Below are positions 35,552 to 48,822 of a DNA stretch of 64,000 nt, in pieces. The notes under the pieces were generated by a model. The model did no database searches. It saw only the letters and a list, made by a program, of their open reading frames with translations, and was not told the origin of the DNA. Source of the stretch: an uncultured delta proteobacterium (GTDB taxonomy: Bacteria; Myxococcota_A; Polyangia; Haliangiales; Haliangiaceae); the NCBI GenBank assembly GCA_963848295.1, contig CAWKDB010000010.1, forward strand, positions 2,944,001 to 3,008,000, given 5' to 3'. The number at the start of each line of letters is the position of its first letter. Within the stretch, counting starts at the first letter, position 1. The position numbers were made by a program, and so were the translations under genes.

Positions 35552-35783
35552 GGTGACGCTGTCTCTTTTGTCAACTTGCGTCGCTTGACGCTCGCAGTAA
35601 CCGCCCGGACTGCCTGGGTTTGTCTGGGGACGCTGTCTCTTTTGTCAACTTGTGGTCGCCGAGCCGCTCCTGGCGGAGCGCCGTTTTCAAGCGGGCGGGC
35701 TGATCGCTCGAGCGCGATACGTCCGCGTACGCGATCACTGCGGTCGGCTGGCAGCACAAGTAGACAAAAGGGACAGCGTCCTG
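35552..35783. repeat. 26-bp repeat family A doublet (+; 35552-35577, 35626-35651) plus one inverted copy (35758-35783)
   Basis: 74-bp period; the inverted copy starts 10 bp after the TPR gene stop. Confidence 0.95.
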
Positions 35784-35793
35784 CGTCCGGGCC

Positions 35794-38700
35794 TCAACGA
35801 CCGCTGTTTTGAATCGCGTGCATCGCGCTGTCGTAGTGGACGTCGTGCGGCGGGTTGAGGTCGACGAACTTCTTGAAGGCGTCGAGCTCGGCGGCGTCGT
35901 GGCCGAGGCTGCGCTCGAGGTCGCCGAGCCGGTAGTAGGTGTCCATTAGCCAGTCGACCTTGACGCCGGTCTTGCGCTGCTGTGTTTCGGCGCCGCTCAC
36001 CGCGTCGGTCCACGCCTTCGCCGCAGCCGGCCCGTTGTTGGTGTCGTAGTAGACCTCGCCGAGGTGCTTGTACGCGTCGGGGCGCGGATCGATCGAGATC
36101 GCGGTCTTGAACCAATCGATCGCGGCGTCCTTGTTGTGCGGCCCGGGGATCGCCTGGTAGGCGAGGCCGAAGTTGTAGGCGACCTCCGCGTCGTGTTTGA
36201 GGTTCCATGCCTGTTTCAGCGGCGGGATCGCCTTCTCGAATTCTTGGCGCGCGACGTAGAGCCGGCCGAGCCCTGCGAACGGGTTGAACATCGTCGGCGG
36301 ATTGCTCGCGGCTTGATACGAGACGATCGCGAGGTCTTGGAACTTGGTATCGCCGGTCTTGACCGCGGTCGCTTCCGCGGCGCGGCCTAACGCGTCCAGA
36401 TACTGCGGATCGGGATCGATGTCCTTCGCCGCGATCAGCTCTTTGCGCGCCTCGTCGAGCTGGCCGGCGGCGAGCAAGCCCTCGCCCTTGAGGTAGTGAC
36501 CGGCGGCGTTGTCGGGGTCGGACGTGAGGATCGGATCGGCCTGCGCGGCGGCTTTCGCGATGTCGCCGGTGCGGGCGAAGAATCGGCCGGCGCGAATCCG
36601 CGCGGGAATCGGGACGGTTTTTGCCGCGACGAGCTGGTCGTACGCTTTCGCCGCATCGGCGTCTTTACCCGCGCTCTCCAGGCCGCGCGCGAGCTCGAGC
36701 GCGACGTCGGTGCGGTTCGGATCGATCGCGAGCGCGGCACGCAGCTGGTCGAGCGCGTCGTCGTGATGGCCTTGCGCTTCGAGCACCTTGCCGAGCTCGA
36801 GCTTCGGCTCGACGTCTTTGTCGAGCTCGAGCGACGCCTGGCGCAGGAACTTCTCGGCCTTTATGAGATCGCCGGTGGTGAAGTACGCGACGCCGAGCGA
36901 CAGCGCGCGCTGCGGATCATTCTGTGCTTTGTCCTCGAGCGTGGCGAGCAGACCTTGCGCCCGGTCGCGATAGCCTTGCGCCTTGCCGTCGTTCGCGGCG
37001 TCCGAGGCCTTGGCCATCGCGCCGAGCTTCTCGACCGCGGCCATCGTCGGCGCGAGATCCAAGTCGCCGGCGGCCTTCGCGCCGCGGACGAACGCTTCGA
37101 TCGCACCTGCGTCGTCGCCCTTGGCTTGCAGTAGTCGGCCCGTTACGAGCTCGAACTGCGCGCGTTGCAGCGGCGGCAGCTGACGCCCGTCGAGCGCTTT
37201 GAGCCGCGTGGCGGCGTCAGCTAGCTGGCCGCCATGGATGTCGAGATCGCAGAACACGAGCTGCGCTTGGACGTCATCGGGCGACTGCGTGATCGCCTTC
37301 GTGATCAGGTCGCGAGCGACTGAGGTCTTATTGTCGGCGAGCTCGACCTGCGCGAGCCCGGTGAGTGCCCCGACGTCCTGCGGGGTGATCGCGAGCGCGT
37401 TGTGGTAGTGACCGCGCGCGGCGTCGAGCTGACCGGCGGCCCTTTCGATGTCGCCGACGAGCGACCACGCGCGGGTGACCGCTCGGGGGTCGGCGCCCTT
37501 GATGTCCTTGCGGTTGAGGATCGCCATCAGCTCGGCATGGCGCTGCGCGGACTCGGCGGGAGGTGCGGCGGCGACCAAGCCCACCTGGGCACCGACGTGA
37601 TCCTTCTCGAGCTCGAGGACCGCGGCGAAATCGGCGTGTGCGCCGTCGAGGTCGGCTTGGATCAGCTTCGTCGTGCCGCGCGCGTACAGCGCGGCGACCT
37701 TGACGACCGGGCCGGCCGCGATCGCCTGATCGAACGCCTTGTTCGCGGCGACGAGGTCGCCCTTTCGCATCCGCGCCCAGCCGAGATAGAGCAGCAGGTA
37801 TGGATCCTTCGGGTTCGCCGCCAGCAGCTTCTGCAGCTTGACCAGCGCGGGATCGGCTTGTCCGGCGGCGAGGGCCGATAACACTTGCGCGCGATCGAGC
37901 TCCGGGCCGGTCACCCCATCCTCGAGCGCCTTCGCGATCATCTTCTTGCCGACCGCGATCCGCTGCGGGAGGTTGAGGCCGGTCTCGAGCGCCGCGGCGA
38001 GCGAACCCTCGGCGACGATGCCGAGCGCCTCGACGTTGCTATCGTCGAGCTCGAGCGCGTCGCGCGCGCTGTTGACCGCGCGTTGCCAGTGGTTCGCATC
38101 GGCTGCGAGCAAGGCTTCGTGCGCCGACTTCAGGTCGGTCGCGATCGCTTCGGTGCGCTGCCGAGCCGCGGCGTGGTGGCGGTAGAACATCCATCCGCCG
38201 GCACCGGCGACGACCACGCCGAGCGCGATCGTCGCGATCTTGCGCGAGCGTTGCGCGCGCCCGAGCTTTGCGCCGGCGGCGTCCTCGGCGGCCTTCTGCT
38301 TCGCGACCTTCTTCGGCGACTCCTTCGGCGCTTCGGGATGCGGCGCGTCGGCGAGCTCGAGCTGGAGATCCGCGCCCTTGTTCGCGCCGGCCAGCGGCGG
38401 TCCGATCCCGGCGTCGGACCTCGCAGCCGCGGACTTCGCCGCGGCGGAGCCGGGCTTCGGCGTCGTGTCGAACCGGATCGCCGGCTTCGACGGCGCCGAC
38501 AGGTCGAGGTCGCCGAACGAGTCGACCGGCGTCGGCACCGGGATCGCGGCACCGGGGGACGCGAGGCCGAGATCGAGCTCGGGTCCCGATTCTTGCGCGA
38601 GCTCGAGCGGCTGTCCCGCCGATGACGGGCCGAGATCGAAGTCGAGATCACCGGGCGCGCGCGGCATCGGTCCCGCGCCCGACAGATCGATCGCCGCTTC

Positions 38701-39777
38701 GTCGCCCTGCGCGGTCGCTGGCGGCAGGTCGTCGAAGAACGTGTTGGCGACTGCCGGCTTCGCGGCCGGCGGCGACAGGTCGTCGAAGAAGCCCTTCGGG
38801 GCGACGTCGGTGGTCGACCTTGTGGATGCCGGTTGCGGCAGGTCGTCGAAGAAGCCCTTCGGGGCGACGTCGGTGGTCGACTTTGTGGATGCCGGTTGTG
38901 GCAGGTCGTCGAAGAAACCCTTCGGCGCGGGCAGATCTTCGTTGCCACGACCCGGTCGCGCCGGTTGCGGCAGGTCGTCGAAGAAGCCTTTCGGCGCGAC
39001 ATCGGTCGTGCCGCGAGCGCCGCCGGTCAGGGCGGGTTGCGGCAAGTCGTCGAAGAAGCCTTTCGGCGCCGGCAAGTCGACCGAGCCGGCACCGGCTTTC
39101 CCTCCGCCGGCGACGGGTGTCGGGAGGTCGTCGAAGAAGCCTTTCGGCGACGGTAGATCGGCGTCCGCGGGCCGCTTTGGCGTCGGCAGATCGACGAGAT
39201 CGTCGTTGGGCTTTGCCGCCGGCGTTTGGCCCGGCGTCGCGGCGCGCTTCGGCGCCGGCAGATCCGAGATGCCAGCGACCGGCGGCTTGATCACCGGAAT
39301 ATTGGGGATGCCTTTGGCCGGCGTCGCGGTCCGCTTCGGCGCCGGCAGATCGGCGAGACCCGCCTTCGATCTCGACTCGCCGATCGGCGCGAGCAGATCG
39401 TCGACCTCCGCCATCCCCGGCTTGTCCTGCAGCCTCGCGCCTTTCGGTGCGGGCAGATCGGCGGCCGCGAGCGCGGACTTCGGCGCGGGCTTGGACTCCC
39501 CGGCGCCGCCGAGCGCGCTGGTCCGGCGCGGCGCGGGCAGGTCGGCGAGATCGATCACCGCGTCGCGCTTGGCGGGAACAGGCACAGGAATCGGCGGCGG
39601 GGGCGGACGCACTGGCGCGGGACCAACCGGCTTCGCGGGACCAACCGGCTTCACGCCGATCGGGATCGGGACTCGCGCCTTGCAGCTCGTGCAACTCGCG
39701 AACTTGGTCCCGGGCGGGACCTCGGCATCGGCGAAGCGGTTCAGCGTGCCGCACGCCGGGCAGGTCGCCTCGATCAT
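35794..39777 (-). CDS. Large zinc-ribbon / DLPAPK-FFDDL repeat / TM / TPR protein
   Basis: CPAC..CTSC ribbon from ATG 39777, disordered repeats, one TM (IATIALGVVVAGAGGWMFY), long TPR array. Confidence 0.85.
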   Translation of the reverse strand: MIEATCPACGTLNRFADAEVPPGTKFASCTSCKARVPIPIGVKPVGPAKPVGPAPVRPPPPPIPVPVPAKRDAVIDLADLPAPRRTSALGGAGESKPAPKSALAAADLPAPKGARLQDKPGMAEVDDLLAPIGESRSKAGLADLPAPKRTATPAKGIPNIPVIKPPVAGISDLPAPKRAATPGQTPAAKPNDDLVDLPTPKRPADADLPSPKGFFDDLPTPVAGGGKAGAGSVDLPAPKGFFDDLPQPALTGGARGTTDVAPKGFFDDLPQPARPGRGNEDLPAPKGFFDDLPQPASTKSTTDVAPKGFFDDLPQPASTRSTTDVAPKGFFDDLSPPAAKPAVANTFFDDLPPATAQGDEAAIDLSGAGPMPRAPGDLDFDLGPSSAGQPLELAQESGPELDLGLASPGAAIPVPTPVDSFGDLDLSAPSKPAIRFDTTPKPGSAAAKSAAARSDAGIGPPLAGANKGADLQLELADAPHPEAPKESPKKVAKQKAAEDAAGAKLGRAQRSRKIATIALGVVVAGAGGWMFYRHHAAARQRTEAIATDLKSAHEALLAADANHWQRAVNSARDALELDDSNVEALGIVAEGSLAAALETGLNLPQRIAVGKKMIAKALEDGVTGPELDRAQVLSALAAGQADPALVKLQKLLAANPKDPYLLLYLGWARMRKGDLVAANKAFDQAIAAGPVVKVAALYARGTTKLIQADLDGAHADFAAVLELEKDHVGAQVGLVAAAPPAESAQRHAELMAILNRKDIKGADPRAVTRAWSLVGDIERAAGQLDAARGHYHNALAITPQDVGALTGLAQVELADNKTSVARDLITKAITQSPDDVQAQLVFCDLDIHGGQLADAATRLKALDGRQLPPLQRAQFELVTGRLLQAKGDDAGAIEAFVRGAKAAGDLDLAPTMAAVEKLGAMAKASDAANDGKAQGYRDRAQGLLATLEDKAQNDPQRALSLGVAYFTTGDLIKAEKFLRQASLELDKDVEPKLELGKVLEAQGHHDDALDQLRAALAIDPNRTDVALELARGLESAGKDADAAKAYDQLVAAKTVPIPARIRAGRFFARTGDIAKAAAQADPILTSDPDNAAGHYLKGEGLLAAGQLDEARKELIAAKDIDPDPQYLDALGRAAEATAVKTGDTKFQDLAIVSYQAASNPPTMFNPFAGLGRLYVARQEFEKAIPPLKQAWNLKHDAEVAYNFGLAYQAIPGPHNKDAAIDWFKTAISIDPRPDAYKHLGEVYYDTNNGPAAAKAWTDAVSGAETQQRKTGVKVDWLMDTYYRLGDLERSLGHDAAELDAFKKFVDLNPPHDVHYDSAMHAIQNSGR
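38721..39190. repeat. Coding repeat region: six PKGFFDDL units plus one FFDDL, including a near-exact 63-bp duplication
   Basis: GTCGTCGAAGAA recurs; 63-bp unit repeated at about 38775-38917. Confidence 0.85.
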
Positions 39778-39995
39778 CCGGCCACAATCATACCTCGGTC
39801 GACAGGGGATTGCCCCGTTCCGGGGGCCTCGTGAACGTGGGGCCCGACCCAAGGATTCGGCGGCCGTTTCGTTCCGAATTCCTGTTCTCGGTTCCCTGTG
39901 TTCCCGATCTACCGCGGCCGCGTCGCTCGCCCGCCTTGCAAGGCGCAACTCGCGAAGCCTCGGCTCCGTCGCCCAGGACCGGGCCTCGGCAGCAA

Positions 39996-40706
39996 TCAGC
40001 AGCCGTGCATGGAGCTGAACGGATCGCAGGGAACCCGGCCCGGAGCAGCGGGCTTGGCGACCGCCTTGCCGACCGGCCGGGGATCGAAAGGATCGATCGC
40101 GTTGCGCGGCTGCGTGCCGGGGTCGAACTGGTCGTCGTCGTCGTCGGCCGGCCGGCGGTTCTTGCGGCCCGGGCCGCGCTTGCTGCCGTTCTCGATCGCC
40201 TTGCGCAGCTGGTTCTCGATCTTGCGCTCGATCGCGGGCAGCACGATCAGGACGCGCGCGGTCTGGGCCGGAGTCAGGATCTTTCGCAGATCTGCGATCC
40301 GGCGATCTTCAACATCGCGAAATCCGCGCTGGTTCGCGACCGCGTCATCGATCGCCCGGTCGATCGCGCGCGGGTCGCCGCCGGTGCTGGTGTCGTTGAG
40401 CCTGCGTTGGATTTCGGCTCGCGCGACCAGCAAGCGGTCGATCTCGTCGTCGTACTTGGCGAGCAGCGGGAACAGTCGTGCCACGGCCGCATCGTCGAGA
40501 GAGACTTGCTCGGTCAGCTGATACGCGCGGAGCTCGCGCAGCCGCTTCTTGATCGCTTCGCGCCGATTCAGCGCCGGGCCGGGATTGCCGGGATGCGCGC
40601 CCGCAGGCGGCCCCCCGTTCGGCGGCGTGTTACCAGGCTGCGCCGCCGCGATTCGGCCGCCGAATCCGACTGCGAGCGCCAACGCGATGACACCGAGCCG
40701 GATCAC
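39996..40706 (-). CDS. Periplasmic Spy/CpxP-like helical protein
   Basis: Signal peptide, ILTPAQ motif, third gene of an ECF operon; GTG start 40706. Confidence 0.7.
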   Translation of the reverse strand: MIRLGVIALALAVGFGGRIAAAQPGNTPPNGGPPAGAHPGNPGPALNRREAIKKRLRELRAYQLTEQVSLDDAAVARLFPLLAKYDDEIDRLLVARAEIQRRLNDTSTGGDPRAIDRAIDDAVANQRGFRDVEDRRIADLRKILTPAQTARVLIVLPAIERKIENQLRKAIENGSKRGPGRKNRRPADDDDDQFDPGTQPRNAIDPFDPRPVGKAVAKPAAPGRVPCDPFSSMHGC

Positions 40707-41278
40707 GTCTTCTTTCTCGCCAACCATTGTTCGGCGCGCGCGACCGCGGTGTCGTCGAGATCGTCGACCCAGCCGAGATCGGACGCCGGCAAGATGCCAT
40801 CGGTCGCCGCGGTGTCATCGGTATCGAACGCGGTGCGAGCATCATCGTCGAGGGCATCGAGTGCGCTATCGAGCTCGTCGTCATCGGCGTCGAGCACGTC
40901 GCCGTCGAGCCATACCGCATCGTCGTCGACCACCGGCGGGGCAACCGCAGGAGGCGGCGGCTTGACGACCTGGGTGTGCGGCGCCCGTGCAACCTCGCCC
41001 GTCTCCGACGGCTCGTGCGTCGTCGCCGGATGATGCAACCACAACGCGAGCGCCGCGGTCGCCACGCACGCGGTGCCGAGCGGCACGGCAAGCCACGCAA
41101 AGTGGCGGCGCCACCACGGCTGCGGAAGCTCGTCGCCGACCGCCTGCCGGATCGAGCGCTCGAGCGCCTGCCAATCCGGCTCTTCGCCGAGCGCCGGCAA
41201 CGCGCGCACCCGCTCGACCAGCGCGCGCTCGTCCGGCGTTAGCTCGGTATCGGTCTCGTTGTTCGTGCTCTGGCTCAT
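40703..41278 (-). CDS. Putative single-pass anti-sigma factor
   Basis: Coupled to the ECF sigma; PDW..L..SI, TM helix, acidic tail. Confidence 0.7.
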   Translation of the reverse strand: MSQSTNNETDTELTPDERALVERVRALPALGEEPDWQALERSIRQAVGDELPQPWWRRHFAWLAVPLGTACVATAALALWLHHPATTHEPSETGEVARAPHTQVVKPPPPAVAPPVVDDDAVWLDGDVLDADDDELDSALDALDDDARTAFDTDDTAATDGILPASDLGWVDDLDDTAVARAEQWLARKKT

Positions 41279-41868
41279 TCGTCCGCCCCAGCTTGACCCA
41301 GGATGTCACGCAGGCGTTTAACCGCGTAGTGAAAGTTAACTTTGGCCGTGTTCTCCGAGCAATCGGCGAGCTCGGCAACCTCTTTGAACGCTAGGTCGTC
41401 GAACACGCGCAGCTCGAGCACGAGCTTTTGTTTCGGCGGCAGCTGAGCGATCGCGGCGCGCAACCGAGCGCTGTCTTGATCGCCCGAGATCTGCGCGGCA
41501 GCCATGCTGGGTGCGACGAGCGCATCGTCGGCGATCTCGGTCGGCTGCTCTCGGCGATGATCGCGCAACCACGACAGCGCGCAGTTGATCGCGATGCGAT
41601 ACAGCCAACTGCGGAGCGACGACGCGCCGCGAAACGCGGCCAAGCCCTTGTACGCGCGGACGAACGCCTGCTGCGCGACATCGGCGGCATCGGCGTCACT
41701 CCCGACGTAGCGCCGCGCGATCCGCCACACGCCCTTTTGATGTTTGCGGACGAGCTGATCGAACGCGGTGCGGTCACCCGCGCGAAACTGCACGGCGAGC
41801 TCGAGGTCGGGATCGTCGGCCGGATTCACGTGCGCGACGATCCCGTCGAGGGTGGCCAGGGCTTCCAC
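41275..41868 (-). CDS. ECF RNA polymerase sigma factor
   Basis: GDRTAFDQLV, SWLYRIAIN region 2, LPPKQK..FKEVAEL region 4. Confidence 0.95.
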   Translation of the reverse strand: MEALATLDGIVAHVNPADDPDLELAVQFRAGDRTAFDQLVRKHQKGVWRIARRYVGSDADAADVAQQAFVRAYKGLAAFRGASSLRSWLYRIAINCALSWLRDHRREQPTEIADDALVAPSMAAAQISGDQDSARLRAAIAQLPPKQKLVLELRVFDDLAFKEVAELADCSENTAKVNFHYAVKRLRDILGQAGADE

Positions 41869-41955
41869 GGTTGGTTTGACCCCGAGCTCGGTGCAGCCGT
41901 TAAACCCGTCGCCAAGCCCCCTCGATCATTGCTATTTCCTGACATAAGGTAGGGC

Positions 41956-43236
<1,281 letters not shown>

Positions 43237-43238
43237 CC

Positions 43239-43363
43239 GGGGACGGTGTTCGCTCTGTCAACCGGCCTACCCAGGGACGGTGTTCACTTTGACAACCTCG
43301 CGCTCGGACAAACCCGTTCAGTGATCGCCTCTTAGCTGGGGACGGTGTTCACTTTGACAACTT
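43239..43363 (+). repeat. 26-bp repeat subtype B, triplet (43239-43264, 43273-43298, 43338-43363)
   Basis: GGGACGGTGTTC(A/G)CT(T/C)TG(A/T)CAAC x3 starting 2 bp after the serS stop. Confidence 0.92.
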
Positions 43364-43448
43364 ACTCGGTCGGCGAAAGTTGTCCCTCGATCGCGCTTTA
43401 CAAGGCGTTTCGGATCCCTATACTGCCGCCCTGCCTCTAGGACCGCCT

Positions 43449-43532
<84 letters not shown>

Positions 43533-43620
43533 TAAGCTTGATAATCGAATAGTGTCACGCAAGTATCTTAAGCGGGCGTCGCGTCGGCGACCCACGCTAT
43601 GGTTTGGCACCGACTGCCGA

Positions 43621-43710
<90 letters not shown>

Positions 43711-43718
43711 CGCTGTGA

Positions 43719-43791
<73 letters not shown>

Positions 43792-43793
43792 CG

Positions 43794-44267
43794 ATGCCGC
43801 TCGATGATGATCAACGATGGATGACGGTCGCGCTTGAAGAAGCGCGAGCGGCTGCTGCGACCGGCGACGTGCCGGTCGGCGCGGTCATCGTCGCGAACGG
43901 CGCGATCATCGGTCGAGGGCGTAATCGCCGCGAGCTCGATCGCGATCCCACGGCTCACGCCGAGGTGGTCGCGCTCCGCGATGCGGCGCAGCAGCTAGGG
44001 CATTGGCGAGTCGAGGCGACCTTGGTCGTCACGCAAGAGCCGTGCTCGATGTGTGCGGGAGCGATCGTCAACGCCCGCATCAAACGATTGGTATTCGGTT
44101 GCACGAATCCCAAAGCCGGCGCGGTGACCACACTGTTTCAGCTGGTCACCGACCCTCGACTCAATCATCGCGTCGAGGTGGTCGGCGGAGTTCTCGCCGC
44201 CGAGTGTTCCGCGGAGCTCACGAGGTTCTTCACCGAGCTTCGCCGCGGACCGAGCTACGAGCCTTAG
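43794..44267 (+). CDS. tadA: tRNA adenosine(34) deaminase
   Basis: VPVGAV, DPTAHAE, EPCSMCAGA, LNH. Confidence 0.96.
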   Translation: MPLDDDQRWMTVALEEARAAAATGDVPVGAVIVANGAIIGRGRNRRELDRDPTAHAEVVALRDAAQQLGHWRVEATLVVTQEPCSMCAGAIVNARIKRLVFGCTNPKAGAVTTLFQLVTDPRLNHRVEVVGGVLAAECSAELTRFFTELRRGPSYEP

Positions 44268-44271
44268 TTCT

Positions 44272-44354
44272 GGAGGAGTGTCCGAGTGGCCGATGGTGTC
44301 TGATTCGAAATCAGATTTGCGCAAGCAACGGGGGTTCAAATCCCTCCTCCTCCG
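44272..44354 (+). tRNA. tRNA-Ser(CGA)
   Basis: GGAGGAG acceptor, TT-CGA-AA loop, variable arm, GTTCAAATC. Confidence 0.95.
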
Positions 44355-44356
44355 CA

Positions 44357-44518
44357 AAAATCCTGTTCCCTGTTTTCTGACCTCTGATTTCGCTCCCACG
44401 ACCGGGCTCTCCGTTTCGAGCTGACTTCCGATGTAGTCCCTCGGCCGCGCTCGTTCGAGCTGCGACTTCTGATTCTGCCCTCGGCGGTCTCGTTCGTTTC
44501 GAGCTGCGACTGCGATTC
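44357..44518. repeat. Heptamer run plus imperfect tandem repeat of about 40 bp between tRNA genes
   Basis: CCTGTTC-CCTGTTT-TCTGACC-TCTGATT; TTCGAGCTG(CG)ACT at 44415, 44454, 44498. Confidence 0.65.
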
Positions 44519-44521
44519 CAA

Positions 44522-44606
<85 letters not shown>

Positions 44607-44646
44607 CCGATGTCGTTGCGGGCTGTCGATGCTTGCGTGAGTTTTA

Positions 44647-44730
<84 letters not shown>

Positions 44731-44796
44731 CCTATCCAACGAGCGACGACCACGTAGTCGTCGCTCGTTACCTTTTTCGGGTTACGTTTACCGGGC

Positions 44797-45552
44797 GTGA
44801 TTCGCACAGCTGTTGCCGTCCTCATCACGACCGCCGCCGGCGCGTGCTCTTCCGGAGGCGCCGCGAAACCAGTCGACGAAGCGGCCAAGTCGGTCGTCGC
44901 GACGACCGCGAAAGGCTCTGCCGGTGGGTTTTCCGCGGGCTTGAGCGCCGAGCTCGGCGGCTCGGCGGGATCGGCGACGGGATCGGCGACGGCGACGGGA
45001 TCGGCGACGGCGACGGGATCGGCAGCGGCGACGGGATCGGCGACCGCGACGGCATCGGGATCGGCGACGGGATCGGCAGCGGCAACGGGATCGGCAGCGA
45101 CCCCGGTGGCACCACCTCCGCCTGTCAAGATGACGCCCGAGCTTGCCGCGATCAAGTTCGAGCTGCTGCCGAACTGGGATCGCGATGTCGCCGCGGCGGC
45201 CACGTTCTCGCTCAACGTCAAAGTGCCGAAGACCGCAGAGATGCGCACGTTCGCGTTCAACTACGGCTACGAAGACCCGAAGGCGCCGTCGGATCGCGAC
45301 GCGTACAAGAAGTGGCTCGCCGACACCAAGACACTCACCGTGACCCTCGATCGCCAGCGCGGTGCAGCGTGGTACCTCGAAGGCACCGACGGCAATGGCA
45401 AGCCGGCGTTTCGATTCCTCGTGACCTACGGCGGCAAGCACCTGATCTGTTACGGCTCGCTCTACAAGGACCCGGCGGACAATCCGCTCGGCGATATTCG
45501 CGACGAGACCGTGGTACAGGCCAAGAAGATCTGCGAGTCGCTGGCGTTGTAG
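44797..45552 (+). CDS. Lipoprotein with GSATAT low-complexity linker
   Basis: AGAC lipobox; GGATCGGCGAC repeats at about 44968-45100; globular C-terminal domain with two Cys. Confidence 0.75.
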   Translation: MIRTAVAVLITTAAGACSSGGAAKPVDEAAKSVVATTAKGSAGGFSAGLSAELGGSAGSATGSATATGSATATGSAAATGSATATASGSATGSAAATGSAATPVAPPPPVKMTPELAAIKFELLPNWDRDVAAAATFSLNVKVPKTAEMRTFAFNYGYEDPKAPSDRDAYKKWLADTKTLTVTLDRQRGAAWYLEGTDGNGKPAFRFLVTYGGKHLICYGSLYKDPADNPLGDIRDETVVQAKKICESLAL

Positions 45553-45589
45553 CGACAGACTCACCGGGTATAGTGCCGACGGAATCGGC

Positions 45590-47537
<1,948 letters not shown>

Positions 47538-47545
<8 letters not shown>

Positions 47546-47876
47546 CGGCAAAATGCCCGATTTGAACGCGCTGATGAAGCAAGCGCAAAAGCTGCAGACC
47601 GACGTCGCGAAAGTTCAAGAGGAGCTCGCGAAGACCGAGTGCGATGGCGCGGCCGGCGGTGGGATGGTCACGGCGACGGTCAACGGCCAGTTCGAGGTCG
47701 TACGCGTCAAGATCGACAAGTCGGTCGTCGATCCGAACGACATCGGCATGCTCGAAGATCTGGTCACCGCTGCGGTGAACGCCGCGGGTCAGAAGGTGCG
47801 CGAGGTCAGCAAAGAGCGGATGTCGTCCGTGATGGGCGGCATGGGCGGGTTACCGGGTATGCCGGGCATGTTCTAA
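47538..47876 (+). CDS. ybaB: YbaB/EbfC nucleoid-associated protein
   Basis: AGGGMV, LEDLVTAAVN; dnaX-ybaB-recR synteny. Confidence 0.96.
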
Positions 47877-48106
47877 GTCAACGTTGACGTTGACCTGAAC
47901 TTGAACTTGAACCCCACCGTCGACATGAACGTGATCGATCTTGTCTCGAACGCGGGTCGCGAACGTCGGCCATCGAGCGGGACATCGTCGAGCGGCGAGG
48001 TGCAGATCGTGGACGAGTACGTGCACGTGACACGTGCACGTGCACGTGCACGTTCGGAACAACGTCGAGGTCGAGGGTGGCGTTCAGGTTCACGTCAACG
48101 TCAAGG
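47877..48106. repeat. Hexamer-built element of about 230 bp with long imperfect terminal inverted repeats (MITE/REP-like)
   Basis: Left TTGACGTTGACCTGAACTTGAAC..CCACCGTCGAC is complementary to right GTCGAGGGTGGCGTTCAGGTTCACGTCAACGTCAA; internal (CGTGCA)n. Confidence 0.8.
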
Positions 48107-48119
48107 TTTGGGCTGAGCG

Positions 48120-48719
48120 ATGGACCCGATCCGACGCTTGGTACAGGAGCTCGCCCGGCTGCCGGGCATTGGCGAGAAGTCCGCGACCCGGCTCGCGTTC
48201 CATCTGATCCGAACCAATCGGCAACAAGTTCACGACCTCGCGCAGGCGCTGGTCGATGTCACAGACAAGATCCGGCTGTGCTCGGTCTGCATGAACATGA
48301 CCGAGACCGACCCGTGCGCGCTGTGCAGCGACGTGAGGCGGGAAGCCGAGACGATCTGCGTGGTCGCAACCCCCTCGGACGTCATCGCCATCGATCGCGG
48401 CGGCCACTATCGCGGCCGGTATCACGTGCTGCACGGTCTATTGTCGCCGCTCGAGGGGATCGGCCCAGATGACTTGCGAATCGCCGAGCTGATCCGTCGG
48501 CTGCCGGGAACTCCCGACTCGACCCCGGTGCGCGAGGTCATCCTGGCCACCAGCCCCAGCGTCGACGGTGAAGCGACCGCGATGTACATCGCGCGAGTGG
48601 TCAAACCACTGGGCGTACGGGTTTCCCGCATCGCGACAGGACTACCTGTCGGTGGCGAGCTCGAGTATTCGGACCAGGCGACGATCGCACGCGCTTTGGC
48701 CGGTCGCGCCGCGATTTGA
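48120..48719 (+). CDS. recR: Recombination mediator RecR
   Basis: LPGIGEKSA, C4 zinc finger, YHVLHGLLSP, GEATA, GGELEY. Confidence 0.98.
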   Translation: MDPIRRLVQELARLPGIGEKSATRLAFHLIRTNRQQVHDLAQALVDVTDKIRLCSVCMNMTETDPCALCSDVRREAETICVVATPSDVIAIDRGGHYRGRYHVLHGLLSPLEGIGPDDLRIAELIRRLPGTPDSTPVREVILATSPSVDGEATAMYIARVVKPLGVRVSRIATGLPVGGELEYSDQATIARALAGRAAI

Positions 48720-48822
48720 AGGCCCAAGAGTTGAACGAATTCCACGAGGTTGCTACCGTGGCTCGACGGCGGACAGTCGAGGCTCAGGGGCCCCGGCGAC
48801 CCGGCCAAGGAGCCTATCGGCG

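Noticed and set aside
44968..45100. GGATCGGCGAC repeats as an array or element
   Set aside because: In-frame low-complexity GSATAT linker of a lipoprotein.
47850..48116. 70-aa ORFs with VHVHV / NVNV / ARARA runs
   Set aside because: Translations of the hexamer element; no RBS or protein-like composition.
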